Assembly: GCA_963842085.1 (NCBI GenBank) | Contig: CAWJET010000001.1 | Span: forward strand, 160,001-224,000 | Direction: 5' to 3' | Source: an uncultured delta proteobacterium | GTDB taxonomy: Bacteria; Desulfobacterota; Binatia; Binatales; Binataceae | Length of the DNA stretch: 64,000 nt | In this document: piece after piece, positions 23,589-33,681 of the stretch | How the letters are laid out: every line of letters starts with the position of its first letter | Numbering within the stretch: position 1 is the stretch's first letter | Notes under the pieces: model-generated | What the model saw: the letters and a program-made list of their open reading frames with translations, nothing else | Databases searched by the model: none | Told to the model about the DNA's origin: nothing | Program-made: the position numbers and the translations under genes

Positions 23589-24779
23589 CTATATAGTCGG
23601 ATTGAAGTAAACTTCCATCCGTGAACGCTTGAGATAGTATATAACCCGCTGAATAAATATCGCCGCCAGCGCGAGCGCGCCGGCGAACATGATATAGCCC
23701 ATCGCGGTGTTGCCATCGGGCCAAATAGCTACCCAGACCGCGGTTCCGATCATATCCACAAATGAAATCGGCACGAAGTATTTCCAGCAAAGTGTCATTA
23801 GCTGATCGATACGCACTCGCGGCAGCGTCGCGCGTATCCACATCGACACGAATACCAGGAATAGTACTTTGAGGTTGAACGTGATCAGCTGGAGTATATT
23901 CATCACGACTACATTGTTAGTGATGTGCGGGAACTGCCACCCGCCGAGGAACAGGGTTGTGATTATCGCGCCGATGATGAACAGATTTCCCCATTCCGCC
24001 ATGAAGAAGAACAGGTAGCGCATCCCGCTATACTCAGTCGCGAAACCCGCCACCAGTTCCGACTCGGCTTCGGGCAAATCGAACGGCGTGCGGTTACCCT
24101 CGGCCAGCGCCGAGATATAAAGGATGTTGGCGGCGACGAACGTGAACGGATTCGCGAACAAAAACCAATGCTGCGGCGCCCAGCCCTGCGCGCGGATGAT
24201 TCCCTGCATCGACAGCGTGCCCGCCATCAGCACGACCGGGAAAATCGAAAGCCCCGCCGGTATTTCGTAACTGACTATTTGCGCCGCCGACCGGATTCCG
24301 CCGATCAGCGACCACTTGTCGTTCGACGCCCACCCCGCCATCAGCACGCCAACCACCGTGAGCGCCGTCACCGACGTCATATAGAGGATGCCCACGTTCA
24401 GGTCTGCCAGTATCAGCGACGACGAGAACGGCATCACCGCCCACGGCAACGTGAACGCCAGCATCACCAGGTACGGTGCCATCTTGAACAGCGGCGAGTC
24501 GGATTCGTCGGGGATGATGTCTTCCTTGCAGACGTGTTTGACGCCATCGGCCAGCCACTGCAGGAAGCCCTGCGGCCCGACGCGGTTTGGACCGACGCGC
24601 GACTGGATTCGCGCCCACACCCGCCGCTCGGCCCAGCTCACGATTCCCGCAAACGGAAACGCGACGCCAAGGAACACCACCGCGCTCATCACGAACACAA
24701 CGATTGCGGCAACCAGGCTCGGCGAAGGGTTCTTGCCGAAGGCGCCCGACGCGATCAGGTTTTGTACCAGCGTCTCCAT
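23589..24779 (-). CDS. nuoH: NADH-quinone oxidoreductase subunit H
   Basis: [19 protein letters not shown] and [14 protein letters not shown]. Confidence 0.95.
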   Translation of the reverse strand: METLVQNLIASGAFGKNPSPSLVAAIVVFVMSAVVFLGVAFPFAGIVSWAERRVWARIQSRVGPNRVGPQGFLQWLADGVKHVCKEDIIPDESDSPLFKMAPYLVMLAFTLPWAVMPFSSSLILADLNVGILYMTSVTALTVVGVLMAGWASNDKWSLIGGIRSAAQIVSYEIPAGLSIFPVVLMAGTLSMQGIIRAQGWAPQHWFLFANPFTFVAANILYISALAEGNRTPFDLPEAESELVAGFATEYSGMRYLFFFMAEWGNLFIIGAIITTLFLGGWQFPHITNNVVVMNILQLITFNLKVLFLVFVSMWIRATLPRVRIDQLMTLCWKYFVPISFVDMIGTAVWVAIWPDGNTAMGYIMFAGALALAAIFIQRVIYYLKRSRMEVYFNPTI

Positions 24780-24785
24780 CGAGGA

Positions 24786-25904
24786 TTAGCGATCGATCTC
24801 CGGCGCGATCACGTCGAGGCTCGCGATCAACGTAACCAGGTCCGCGATCATCAAGCCCGCGCTGAGTTTCTGAATGATGCCCATTGCGGCGAACGATCCC
24901 GTGCGGACGTGCACCCGCCATGGATAGCCGGTGCCGTCGCTCACGACGTACCATCCCATGTCGCCGCGTCCGCTCTCGAGCCGAATCTGGCATTCGCCTG
25001 CGGGCGGCTTGAAATTGCGCGCCACTTTCGCGAGCACCGGCCCAGCGGGAATCTTCTGCAGCGCCTGTCGCAGTATCTTCGACGATTCCGCCATCTCGCG
25101 AATCCGCACCACGTAGCGATCCATCGAGTCGCCAAGCTTGCCCCAATGGCCGTCGCCAACCGGCACGTCGAACTCGAACTCGGGATACACCGAATACGGG
25201 ATGTCCTTGCGGATGTCCCACTTGATTCCGCACGCGCGCAGGTTGGGCCCGACCAGGTTGTAATTGATCGCTTCCGCGGGCGTGATCACGCCGACGTTCG
25301 CCAGCCGCTCGACGTAGATTTTGTTCCACGAGATGAGCGCGTTGTATTCCTCGAGGATCGGATCGAAATGGTCGAGGTACGCGAGCGCCTTCTCGCGCCA
25401 TCCCGGCGGCAGATCCCACGCCACGCCGCCGATTCGCATGTAGTTGAACGTGAGCCGCGCGCCGCACAGCTCCTCGATCAAATCGTTGATCATCTCGCGC
25501 TCGCGAATCGCATGCGTGAACGGCGTCACCGCGCCGATATCCATCGCCATCGCGCCGACCGACAGCAGATGCGACGCGATTCGATTAAACTCCGCCGCGA
25601 TCACCCTGCAGTACTCGCCACGATGCGGCACTTCGATTCCCGCGAGCTTTTCGCAGGCCATGCCCCAGCCCTGGTTGGTGAACATCGCACACACGTAATC
25701 GACGCGATCGGTGTATGGCATGAAGCCGTGGTAGCCGACCTTCTCCGCGATCTTCTCGATCGAGCGATGCAGGTAGCCGACGTCCGGGATCGCCTCACGC
25801 ATCACCTCGCCGTCGGCCCGCACGATAAACCGCAGCACCCCGTGCGTCGACGGATGCTGCGGGCCCATGTTGAGCGTCATTTCTTCGGTGTGCAGCGTGC
25901 TCAT
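24786..25904 (-). CDS. nuoD: NADH-quinone oxidoreductase subunit D
   Basis: [23 protein letters not shown] and C-terminal EIDR. No NiFe-binding CxxC pairs. Confidence 0.95.
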   Translation of the reverse strand: MSTLHTEEMTLNMGPQHPSTHGVLRFIVRADGEVMREAIPDVGYLHRSIEKIAEKVGYHGFMPYTDRVDYVCAMFTNQGWGMACEKLAGIEVPHRGEYCRVIAAEFNRIASHLLSVGAMAMDIGAVTPFTHAIREREMINDLIEELCGARLTFNYMRIGGVAWDLPPGWREKALAYLDHFDPILEEYNALISWNKIYVERLANVGVITPAEAINYNLVGPNLRACGIKWDIRKDIPYSVYPEFEFDVPVGDGHWGKLGDSMDRYVVRIREMAESSKILRQALQKIPAGPVLAKVARNFKPPAGECQIRLESGRGDMGWYVVSDGTGYPWRVHVRTGSFAAMGIIQKLSAGLMIADLVTLIASLDVIAPEIDR

Positions 25905-26410
25905 TTCTTTTTCGTGTCGAGCCGGATTATCGGGCTCTCTCTAACTGTTGAGATTCCGTGGTATTCGGCCGGCTCGACAAAATCCTTGCGCAGCGGATGA
26001 CCGATCCAGTCCTCCGGCATCAGGATTCGCCGCATGTCGCTATGCCCCTCGAAGTTCACGCCAAGCAGGTCGAAAACTTCACGCTCCATCCAGTTCGCCG
26101 ACTTCCACACGCCCTCGAGCGTCGCCACGCTGGGGTTCTCGCGCGGCAGCTTAACCTTCAACACCGCACCGTGCCGATGCTTGTACGAGAACAGGTGATA
26201 GACCACCTCGACGCGATCCTTGTAGTCGACGCCGCTCTCGTTGGACAGGCAGTCCATCGCCAGCTCGGGATCCTCGTTCATGAATTTCCCGATCTCGACG
26301 ATCGCCTTCGGATCAATCACCGCAACCGGATCCGGCTTCTTTTCGGAGATTTCCAGAATTCGATCACCGAACTGGTTTTTCACCCGCTCGAGTATTTGCA
26401 GCGACTCCAT
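25901..26410 (-). CDS. nuoC: NADH-quinone oxidoreductase subunit C
   Basis: [13 protein letters not shown] and GHPLRKDF. Confidence 0.95.
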   Translation of the reverse strand: MESLQILERVKNQFGDRILEISEKKPDPVAVIDPKAIVEIGKFMNEDPELAMDCLSNESGVDYKDRVEVVYHLFSYKHRHGAVLKVKLPRENPSVATLEGVWKSANWMEREVFDLLGVNFEGHSDMRRILMPEDWIGHPLRKDFVEPAEYHGISTVRESPIIRLDTKKK

Positions 26411-26414
26411 CTAC

Positions 26415-26927
26415 TCAGGCAGCCGCGACCTGCTTGCCATTGCCATTGGGCGAGCGCACCAGCCAGCGCTCGGTCATTATCTTCTCCTGCAATTTGAGCA
26501 GGCCTTCGGTCAGCGCCTCGGGACGCGGCGGGCAGCCGGGCACGTACACATCGACCGGCAGGATCTTGTCGACGCCGTCGCAAACCGAGTAGGCGAGCTG
26601 GAACAGTCCGCCGCAGCTCGCGCACGAACCCATCGAGATGACGTATCTCGGGTCGGGCATCTGATCGTAGAGCAGCCGCGTCCTGAGCGCCATTTTCAGC
26701 GTCAGCGTGCCCGCGACGATCATCAGGTCCGACTGGCGCGCCGACGCGCGCGGCGTCGCGCCGAAACGATCGATGTCCGCACGCGGGCCGCCGGTATGCA
26801 TCAGCTCGATCGCGCAGCAAGCCAGGCCGAACAGCATGTACCAGATGCTCGATTTGCGCATCCAGTTCAGCAGTTCGTCTGTCTTGGTGGTCAAAACGTA
26901 ATCGGGAAGCGTGTTCAACAAGGGCAT
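26415..26927 (-). CDS. nuoB: NADH-quinone oxidoreductase subunit B
   Basis: [14 protein letters not shown] and [10 protein letters not shown]. Confidence 0.95.
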   Translation of the reverse strand: MPLLNTLPDYVLTTKTDELLNWMRKSSIWYMLFGLACCAIELMHTGGPRADIDRFGATPRASARQSDLMIVAGTLTLKMALRTRLLYDQMPDPRYVISMGSCASCGGLFQLAYSVCDGVDKILPVDVYVPGCPPRPEALTEGLLKLQEKIMTERWLVRSPNGNGKQVAAA

Positions 26928-26937
26928 AAGACCTACC

Positions 26938-27330
26938 TCAATCTTCGACCGGTACCTTCTTGATCCATTCCAGGTCGTGCTTGACCCAGACGTAAACCAG
27001 GCCGACGAACAGGATTAGCAGGAACAGCAAAATTTCGCTGAGCGCGTAAAGGCCGTGTCCCGAGCGCACCCAGTGCAGGTAAACGGCGGCTATCGGATAA
27101 ACGAACGCGACTTCGACCTCGAACACCACGAAAATCAGCGCGATCAGGTAGAAGCGGACGTTGAAATTGATCCACGCGCGGCCGGTCGGCGGCTCGCCGC
27201 ATTCGTAGGGAATCAGCTTTCGATCGTACGGATTTTGCGGCGCCAGTAGCTTCTGCAGCCCGAACATCAGCGCCACGAAACCGACCCCGATGATGGTAAG
27301 CGCCAGCGGCACGCCGAAGTTGAGGTACAT
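26938..27330 (-). CDS. nuoA: NADH-quinone oxidoreductase subunit A
   Basis: PYECGE and [14 protein letters not shown]. Confidence 0.93.
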   Translation of the reverse strand: MYLNFGVPLALTIIGVGFVALMFGLQKLLAPQNPYDRKLIPYECGEPPTGRAWINFNVRFYLIALIFVVFEVEVAFVYPIAAVYLHWVRSGHGLYALSEILLFLLILFVGLVYVWVKHDLEWIKKVPVED

Positions 27331-27344
27331 TGGATGTTACCGAG

Positions 27345-27430
27345 TCCTCATTAATTGGACTGGACTAAGCTGTCAAGAAGGATCGCTTCACCTGTGATTG
27401 ATTTTGCTTAAGTAATTCTTAATTCAAACC
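27345..27430 (-). promoter_or_regulatory. Probable nuo promoter region
   Basis: Minus-strand TTGACA (27376-27371), AT-rich upstream tract and a weak -10-like ATTAAT/TAATGA. Confidence 0.4.
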
Positions 27431-27485
27431 TGCGCGCTGCGCTACGGAGACTGACTATTTCGGCGACGCAAGCGCAGCGATTGCG

Positions 27486-28028
27486 TTACCTTCGAGTCTC
27501 GCTGCTGCTGTGCATACCTACGGCGGTGTCCAGGCGTCTACGGATTTCGCGAACCATGTTCTCATCAAGCCACGCGCCGTGGTCCTTCGGACAGGCCATC
27601 CCGGCCAGCCCCACTGCGCCCGGCGAGATCGCCGCTCTGGCGGCAAGCCTGGCACCGCAATCGGGACAGTCGATCTCTTTGCGATATTCGTGACGCAGCT
27701 CTCCAACGGTCTCTGGGATTTTACCGAAAGCCTTTTCGTCCGGGGAACCGTGGTGAAGGGCCGCCGCATTCTCCAAGCGCTCGCGAATCTGCTCGAGCGC
27801 CTCCTTGTCAGCCCACGCGCCGTGATGCTCTGGACAAGCCAATCCTCCCACGCCGATTGGCACCCTGGCATCGAGTTTGGAACCGCAATGCGGGCATTTG
27901 ACTCCCTTGGCGTCCTTCAGGCGCAGCCTTTCGATTATTTCTGCATCGTGCTGTCGTGCCCACTGATTCTCGCGGCCCATCTCAGCGTTGTGGAGCGTGT
28001 CGCCGAGACGGTCTTTTTCGTCGCCCAT
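27486..28028 (-). CDS. Zinc-ribbon (zf-TFIIB-like) protein with two ribbons and a charged N-terminal helix
   Basis: CPHC...CPEHHGAW and CPDC...CPKDHGAW. N-terminus is paralogous to 28068-28364. Confidence 0.75.
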   Translation of the reverse strand: MGDEKDRLGDTLHNAEMGRENQWARQHDAEIIERLRLKDAKGVKCPHCGSKLDARVPIGVGGLACPEHHGAWADKEALEQIRERLENAAALHHGSPDEKAFGKIPETVGELRHEYRKEIDCPDCGARLAARAAISPGAVGLAGMACPKDHGAWLDENMVREIRRRLDTAVGMHSSSETRR

Positions 28029-28067
28029 ATTTCGCCCTCCAGGATGAAGTCTACCGGCGTTGATTGG

Positions 28068-28364
28068 TCATCGCACACCGGTCCGGTGGATCGGGCCGCC
28101 AGGCATTTTTTTTTGCTCCTTCAGCACCGCCTTCAACGTCGCCGCGTCGAGCCACGCGCCATGTCCGGCCGGGCACGCATGCATCTGCACGCCGGCCTCG
28201 GTTCTCGCTACCAGTAATTCCTTGCAATGCGGACACGACGTCTGGCTCACGCGTTTGCGCATCTTCTCCAGCAGCTCAACGTCGCGCTGTCGCGCCCACT
28301 GATCTTCGCGCGCCTTCTCGACGTCGTGGAGCTTGCTGCCCAACCGGTCTTTCTCATCCGCCAT
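28068..28364 (-). CDS. Zinc-ribbon (zf-TFIIB-like) protein with a charged N-terminal helix
   Basis: EKAREDQWARQRDVELL followed by CPHC...CPAGHGAWLD. Confidence 0.78.
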   Translation of the reverse strand: MADEKDRLGSKLHDVEKAREDQWARQRDVELLEKMRKRVSQTSCPHCKELLVARTEAGVQMHACPAGHGAWLDAATLKAVLKEQKKMPGGPIHRTGVR

Positions 28365-28373
28365 AGTCGCGCC

Positions 28374-28712
28374 TCAAGTCATCTCCTTGATCAGCTTGCC
28401 GCTGCGCGCTTTCTCGACCGTCGCCTCGAATTTCGACCCGAGATCGACGCCCATCTCCTTGGCCCGCTTCTTCGCCCAAAGTCCGACGTTGCGCGAATCG
28501 CGATAGAACGAATCGTCGCGCGGTTTGGACGCGTCGAAACTCGCAAGCCGCGAGGCCTCGCTCTCGACCACCGCGAACGACGACATTACGCGCCGCAGCC
28601 GCGCCGACCCGCATTCGGGACACTCGCGACGCTCGCGGCGTCGCGATGAACCCATCACCACGTGCGAGCTGACGAGCCCGCATCGCGAGCATTCGTACTC
28701 GAAAATCGGCAT
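28374..28712 (-). CDS. FmdB-family zinc-ribbon protein
   Basis: MPIFEYECSRCG...CPECGSARLRRVMSSF. Confidence 0.85.
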   Translation of the reverse strand: MPIFEYECSRCGLVSSHVVMGSSRRRERRECPECGSARLRRVMSSFAVVESEASRLASFDASKPRDDSFYRDSRNVGLWAKKRAKEMGVDLGSKFEATVEKARSGKLIKEMT

Positions 28713-28756
28713 CGGATCTAAAGAATATCCTGACGGGAGACCGCCCGCAAATCAGC

Positions 28757-29041
28757 TTAATGGTGGGCGGTTTCAGCAGGATTTTCGTCAGCGTCGACCT
28801 CCGGCGGCGACACGGGACGCCAGCTCTCGCGCACGTCGAGCACGGGACCCGCCAACGGGTTGCCGACGAGTAGCAGAAGTCCGACCGCACCGACCGCCAC
28901 CCCGCATCCAAGCCACCAAATCGAGCGGTATTCGACGCCAAGCGCAAGCATCGCAAGCGCCCACATAGGGATGATGAGCGAGACGACGAAGCGCATCAGC
29001 GCACTCATCGCATGCTCAGCCTGTTCAGCGCGGTCGGCCAT
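28757..29041 (-). CDS. Small membrane protein
   Basis: Two hydrophobic segments, GAGG upstream of the ATG, in line with its neighbours. Confidence 0.6.
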   Translation of the reverse strand: MADRAEQAEHAMSALMRFVVSLIIPMWALAMLALGVEYRSIWWLGCGVAVGAVGLLLLVGNPLAGPVLDVRESWRPVSPPEVDADENPAETAHH

Positions 29042-29049
29042 CGATTCCT

Positions 29050-30741
29050 CTATTTAGCGGCTGCGGGCGAAATTTCAAATAGCGCCGGCGGCCCGCCGCC
29101 ACCGATCAAGTTGGACTTCGCAACGAGCTTGAGCCGCGAGCGATACTCGGGAGTCATAGCGTCCAGCTCGCGCGGCGTCGCAAGCAGATATCCGCACTTA
29201 GGATTTTTGAGATCGGGCACCGCGGCGCCATAGTAGTACGATAGCTCGTAGTTGATGCCACTCGGAATGCATAGCTGATTGCCTTTGACGTGGTCGGCAA
29301 CAATCGGAACGAAGCTCTTCAGGCTGCGTGCGTAAGCCAGTCCAGGTCGCAACCTCGTCGTCCATAGCAGGCTTTGGGAAAGACCGAGCAGGCCGAACGC
29401 CACGCCAACCAGGATCGCGCGCCGCCGCAGTACGCCGAATATCGCGACAGCGTCCAGTGCCAAGTAGCAGAGCGCGAACAGGGTCAATAAAGCGCCCATC
29501 GTTTGAAAAAAAACCGTGTAGTAGGCTTCGTCGCTCGATTGGAGTTTCATCTGCGTGGCGAAGCGCGGAAGGAAAAAAAGAAAAGCGAGAATGGCAACTG
29601 AGCTGAACGCAAACACCACGACGAGCGGGTCGCGTAACTTTGATGCGGCGCCGCGTACATCCAGCTTGAACACCGACGCGCAGAGGATCGCGATTCCCGG
29701 AAGCGCGGGCAAGATGTAATCGTCGCGCTTGACGCTGGCGATCGAGAAAAACAGCAACACCGCGAGCGACATGCTGATTTGGTAAACCACCGGGCGACGT
29801 TTCTCCGCAGCGATCTCGCCAGTGTAGAAGGCGAGCGCGGCCGGCAGTATCAGGAGCGTCATCGGGAATGCGCCGCCCAGAAGACGCGCAGCGATAAAAT
29901 AGAAGGGGCGGTGGCTCTCGCCTGTGCCGCCGAGTTTGGCCGGCATGAAGTGTCCGAAATTCTCGGCGAGGATGATCCTCAAGATTTTGTGCCCGCCGAC
30001 GATCGCCGCCGGTACGTACCAGACCGCGCCGATCGCGACCGCAATCGCGACGACCTGCCACGGCCATCGCTGACGGAGTAACGCCATTGGATTGCGGCGC
30101 TCGATCAGCAGGTAGATCAACGCGGCGAGCGCGCACAGCACCATCGCAATCGGGCCCTTGGTCAAAACCCCCAATCCGAGTATCACGCCCACGAATATTT
30201 TCCTGCGCGAAGAGGCAGGTGACGCCGTCGCGTCTTCGAGTAGCGGAAAGATCGCCGCGTACGCGGCGAACAGCAGAAACGTCAGCAGCATATCGGTCAG
30301 CGCTTCGGTCGCGCGCGACGCAAATCCGTACGTGCCGAGCATTAACAGAAACGCCAGCCATCCTTCGGATGCGCCGACGTTGGCAGCCGTCCACGCGAGC
30401 ACGCTCACCGCGAGCGCCGTGCCTGCCACCACAGACACTGCGCGCGCGCGAAGCTCGTCGACGGTGCCTCCGGTCGTCTCGGCGACGACCGCTGACAGCC
30501 AATAGAACAGCGGCGGTTTGCGATCTGTATAGCCGTACGCGTCATGCGGTATCAGCCAGTGACCGTCGCGCACGATGCTCTGAATCCACTCGGCCGATTG
30601 CGGCTCCGCGTCCTTCTGAAACGGCGCGCTGATTCCCTGCACGAGAACGACAAACGCGAACAACGAAGCGATCGCGAGCATCGCGGGTGGCAGCACGGCG
30701 CCCCCACTTTTCGGCGCGGAAGTGGGACGCTCGGGAGTCAC
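29050..30741 (-). CDS. ArnT/GT39-like polytopic glycosyltransferase
   Basis: KPPLFYW, LTKGPIA, PFYF and KRDDYILPALP. GTG start overlaps the upstream stop. Confidence 0.85.
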   Translation of the reverse strand: MTPERPTSAPKSGGAVLPPAMLAIASLFAFVVLVQGISAPFQKDAEPQSAEWIQSIVRDGHWLIPHDAYGYTDRKPPLFYWLSAVVAETTGGTVDELRARAVSVVAGTALAVSVLAWTAANVGASEGWLAFLLMLGTYGFASRATEALTDMLLTFLLFAAYAAIFPLLEDATASPASSRRKIFVGVILGLGVLTKGPIAMVLCALAALIYLLIERRNPMALLRQRWPWQVVAIAVAIGAVWYVPAAIVGGHKILRIILAENFGHFMPAKLGGTGESHRPFYFIAARLLGGAFPMTLLILPAALAFYTGEIAAEKRRPVVYQISMSLAVLLFFSIASVKRDDYILPALPGIAILCASVFKLDVRGAASKLRDPLVVVFAFSSVAILAFLFFLPRFATQMKLQSSDEAYYTVFFQTMGALLTLFALCYLALDAVAIFGVLRRRAILVGVAFGLLGLSQSLLWTTRLRPGLAYARSLKSFVPIVADHVKGNQLCIPSGINYELSYYYGAAVPDLKNPKCGYLLATPRELDAMTPEYRSRLKLVAKSNLIGGGGPPALFEISPAAAK

Positions 30742-31751
30742 GGATGGCGGGCCGTCGCGATCGGCTCGAGCCACAGAAGTTGCACTCCGCCGGCGGGATC
30801 GTACCGCGCCACCTGCATCGAGGCGGCGTTGTGCGCATAACCAATTCTGCCGCGCCGGTCGACGAGCACAATTCCGGCCTCGGCGCCCGTCGCGTCGATC
30901 ATTTCGGCAATCGCCTCGCGCGCGACGGCCCGGGGCGAGCCGTCGGCGAGCGCCAGTACCGCCTCGCGGCACAGCGCGGTCAGGATGATCGCCTCGCCGT
31001 GCCCGGTCGCCGAGGCTGCGCCGAATGCGTGCGCGAAAGTGCCGGCGCCAATCAGCGCGGAATCGCCGATGCGTCCAAACAGTTTGCCCGGCACGCCCCC
31101 GGTCGAGGTCGCGGCCGCGATCGCACCGTGCACATCGACGGCGACCGCGCCGACGGTGCCATGTCCCATCGTTGCGCGTGCAGCTGCTTCAGCTTCGAGC
31201 ATCCCGATCTGCTGCTTTCGCGCCCGCCATCGTTCGCGAGCACGCTCTGTAACCATTTCCTGGGGCCGCACGAGGCGGATGCCGACTCTGCGCGCGAAGC
31301 TTTCCGCGCCTGCGCCGGCCATCAGGATGTGCGGCGAATGTTCCATCACGGCGCGCGCGAGCATGATTGGATTTCGCACGCGGCTTACCACGGCAACCGC
31401 ACCGGCCGAGACGGTGTAGTCAGCTTCGTCAGAATGAGCGGAGTGGTCTGAGCGCTTGCCTCGTGAAAAATGCGGGACGGGCTCCGCCAACATCACGGAC
31501 GCATCCATTTCGACGTTGCCTTCGGAGTTGAGCAACGAGCCGTAGCCGGCGTTGAAGAACGGATGATCCTCGAGGGCCACGACCGTCGCGACCACTGCGT
31601 CGAGCGCGCTGCCGTTAGCGCGAAGAATGCCCGCGCCGAGGCGCACCGCAGCCATCATCGCGCGGCGCCGCTCAGGGCGTTCGGCGCCGGGCCCCGCGTT
31701 ACCGGCGCCGCCGTGCGCGACGAGCGCGGGACGATTGCGCGCGCGAGCCAT
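30738..31751 (-). CDS. iaaA: Isoaspartyl peptidase / L-asparaginase (Ntn hydrolase)
   Basis: HGGAG, FNAGYGS, EMDASVM, GTVGAVA, ATSTGG and GRIGDS. Confidence 0.88.
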   Translation of the reverse strand: MARARNRPALVAHGGAGNAGPGAERPERRRAMMAAVRLGAGILRANGSALDAVVATVVALEDHPFFNAGYGSLLNSEGNVEMDASVMLAEPVPHFSRGKRSDHSAHSDEADYTVSAGAVAVVSRVRNPIMLARAVMEHSPHILMAGAGAESFARRVGIRLVRPQEMVTERARERWRARKQQIGMLEAEAAARATMGHGTVGAVAVDVHGAIAAATSTGGVPGKLFGRIGDSALIGAGTFAHAFGAASATGHGEAIILTALCREAVLALADGSPRAVAREAIAEMIDATGAEAGIVLVDRRGRIGYAHNAASMQVARYDPAGGVQLLWLEPIATARHP

Positions 31752-31752
31752 C

Positions 31753-32550
31753 TCAGGGTCCGGGCCGCCGGCCCCAGATAAACAGCCGCTTGAAGTCGAA
31801 CGTCATCGGCCCGGAAGTGCCGTAGGCCGCGTTCAGCCGAGCCGTCAACTGGGCAAGGAATTCGTCGTGACGATTTTTTGGAAGCGCGTCGAGGAAGGGC
31901 CGCAGGCCGGTCGAGCGGTACCATTGAACGACGTCGGCAGGCCGATCCATCGGATGATGAAACATCAGGTGATAGCAGTCGATTCGATCGTAGCCGAGCT
32001 GCGCGAGCAGCGCGGCGTAAAACCCCGGCGGCTCCTCGTGGAACGCGCGATCGCGCCCGCCCAGCATCGTGTTCCATGGCGCCTCGCGCGCGAGCTGTCC
32101 GATTTTCATCTTCGCCGTCTCGGTCTCGTTGGCGGGCATCTGCACCACGATCGTTCCGCCGGGACGGAGCGCGTCGAAGCATGCGGCGAAGAGAGCGCGC
32201 TGGTCGGGAATCCATTGAAAGGTGGCGTTCGAGAAAATCAGCGTGTAGGCGCGGTCGGCGCGAAAGTCGGGCACGTTGAGCAACTCGAATGAGACGCGAC
32301 GCTTGAGCTCGGCGGGCTCGCCGTCGAGCAGCTTGCGCGCGGCCTCGATCATCGCGGGCGAGCCGTCGACGCCCAGCACAGTTCCGCGCCGGCTGCGGCG
32401 CGCCAGTTCGAGCGTGTTTTCTCCGGAGCCGCACCCCAGATCGATGATCTTTTCGTCACCGCTGAGTTCCAGCCGCGACAGAATGTGCCCGACGGGTTCC
32501 GCCCGGTAGCGGCGAAAGCGGTTGTAGAGTTCGGGATCCCAATCGGACAT
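31753..32550 (-). CDS. tam: Trans-aconitate 2-methyltransferase-like SAM methyltransferase
   Basis: WDPELY, DLGCGSG, FSNATFQW, STGLRPFL and FKRLF. Confidence 0.8.
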   Translation of the reverse strand: MSDWDPELYNRFRRYRAEPVGHILSRLELSGDEKIIDLGCGSGENTLELARRSRRGTVLGVDGSPAMIEAARKLLDGEPAELKRRVSFELLNVPDFRADRAYTLIFSNATFQWIPDQRALFAACFDALRPGGTIVVQMPANETETAKMKIGQLAREAPWNTMLGGRDRAFHEEPPGFYAALLAQLGYDRIDCYHLMFHHPMDRPADVVQWYRSTGLRPFLDALPKNRHDEFLAQLTARLNAAYGTSGPMTFDFKRLFIWGRRPGP

Positions 32551-32644
32551 GAGCGTCGCCTTCCTGTGACGCAGCATAAGTGGCGAATGATCTGCTCACA
32601 AGCGCGCTTGCGGCGGCGTGCGCAATCGTGCACAAGCATAGCGG

Positions 32645-33658
32645 ATGACTGAGCCTACGGAATCTCAGCCGGCAACGCCGAAGCGCAAGCCGCGGCGCAT
32701 CTTTAGCATCGGCGCTATCCTGCTGGGCGTCCCGATCGTTCTCTGGATCGGAGCAGCCTTGTTCGTCGCGCGATCATTGATGTACCCGGACTTTCTCCGG
32801 CGCGGCGGACAAGACGTTTTCGGACAGCATGTCCCGGCGTTCCAGCGGGGCTCGATAACCGATATCAGCGCCGCTCTCGGCGGCGTCGAGCCGGAGCGAT
32901 TGGATTGCGGCGTGGTCGAAGAGGACGGCATCCGCCATCATCAGGTCAGCGTGGTCGGATGGTACTTCCCGGGCCATCGGCGTGAAGTGGTGGTGATTCT
33001 GCCGGGGGCGGGAGCGCCGGAAACCGCGATGATTCCGTACGTCAAGTTCCTGCTGGACGCCGGCTACACCGTGGTCGCGACCTACAGCGTCAACAATCCG
33101 AGCTACGGAATCAACTGGGGAATGCTGAAACGCAAATTCGCCCTGGCGACCGCGCGCACGCTCAAAGATGACGGCTTCGACAAAATCGCCGTGCTTGGAA
33201 TAGCTGAAGGCGCCGCCGGCGCGATCATGGCGCAGGCCGAACAGCCGGTCTTCACCGCGATCGTCGCCGACAGTTCCTACGCGAACCTCGAGCAACTGTT
33301 CATGCGCAGCCCGTCGATGTCGCGGCTCAATCCCGCGTTCGTCAGCACCATAATGTGGGAAGCTCAGCTGTGGTTCGGCCGCCCGCTGGACAAGATCTCG
33401 CCGGCGACCGACGCGGGCAAGCTCGGCGGTTGCTTGCTGCTCATCATTCAGAATCGCGACGACCAGGTAACTCCCCTTGCGGACGGCAAGGCGATTCTCG
33501 ACGCGGCCGGCTTCAACGCGCAGATGTGGACGGTGCCGTCCGGCGGTCACGGCGACGCGATCTACGAGGATCCCAAGGGCTACGCGGCGCGCGTCGTCAA
33601 ATTTCTCGACGCGAGCTTTGAGATTGCAACGCCCGCAGCCAAGCCGAACGGTCATTGA
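32645..33658 (+). CDS. Membrane-anchored alpha/beta hydrolase-fold protein (nucleophile Ser absent)
   Basis: N-terminal transmembrane helix, VGWYFP, elbow GIAEGA, VADSSY, DDQVTP and GGHG. Confidence 0.8.
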   Translation: MTEPTESQPATPKRKPRRIFSIGAILLGVPIVLWIGAALFVARSLMYPDFLRRGGQDVFGQHVPAFQRGSITDISAALGGVEPERLDCGVVEEDGIRHHQVSVVGWYFPGHRREVVVILPGAGAPETAMIPYVKFLLDAGYTVVATYSVNNPSYGINWGMLKRKFALATARTLKDDGFDKIAVLGIAEGAAGAIMAQAEQPVFTAIVADSSYANLEQLFMRSPSMSRLNPAFVSTIMWEAQLWFGRPLDKISPATDAGKLGGCLLLIIQNRDDQVTPLADGKAILDAAGFNAQMWTVPSGGHGDAIYEDPKGYAARVVKFLDASFEIATPAAKPNGH

Positions 33659-33681
33659 CGGCGGGCGCCCGGATACTTCAC

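Noticed and set aside
23925-26000. Long antisense ORFs (691 aa here; also 5496-6887, 34165-35886, 55082-56812, 59327-61039)
   Set aside because: They are shadows of well-supported genes on the other strand, expected in high-GC DNA, and have no recognisable motifs.
24786-26927. Group 4 NiFe hydrogenase instead of complex I
   Set aside because: The large subunit lacks both CxxC nickel-binding motifs and no maturation genes are present.
28029-28114. A9 tract and an in-frame 39-nt spacer that could fuse the two zinc-ribbon paralogs by read-through
   Set aside because: The downstream gene has its own GGAGG RBS, in-frame spacing is a one-in-three chance, and no recoding signal is visible.
29506-29513. 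T8 tract in the ArnT-like gene as a phase-variation site
   Set aside because: It is short, in frame, and explained by Phe codons in a transmembrane segment.
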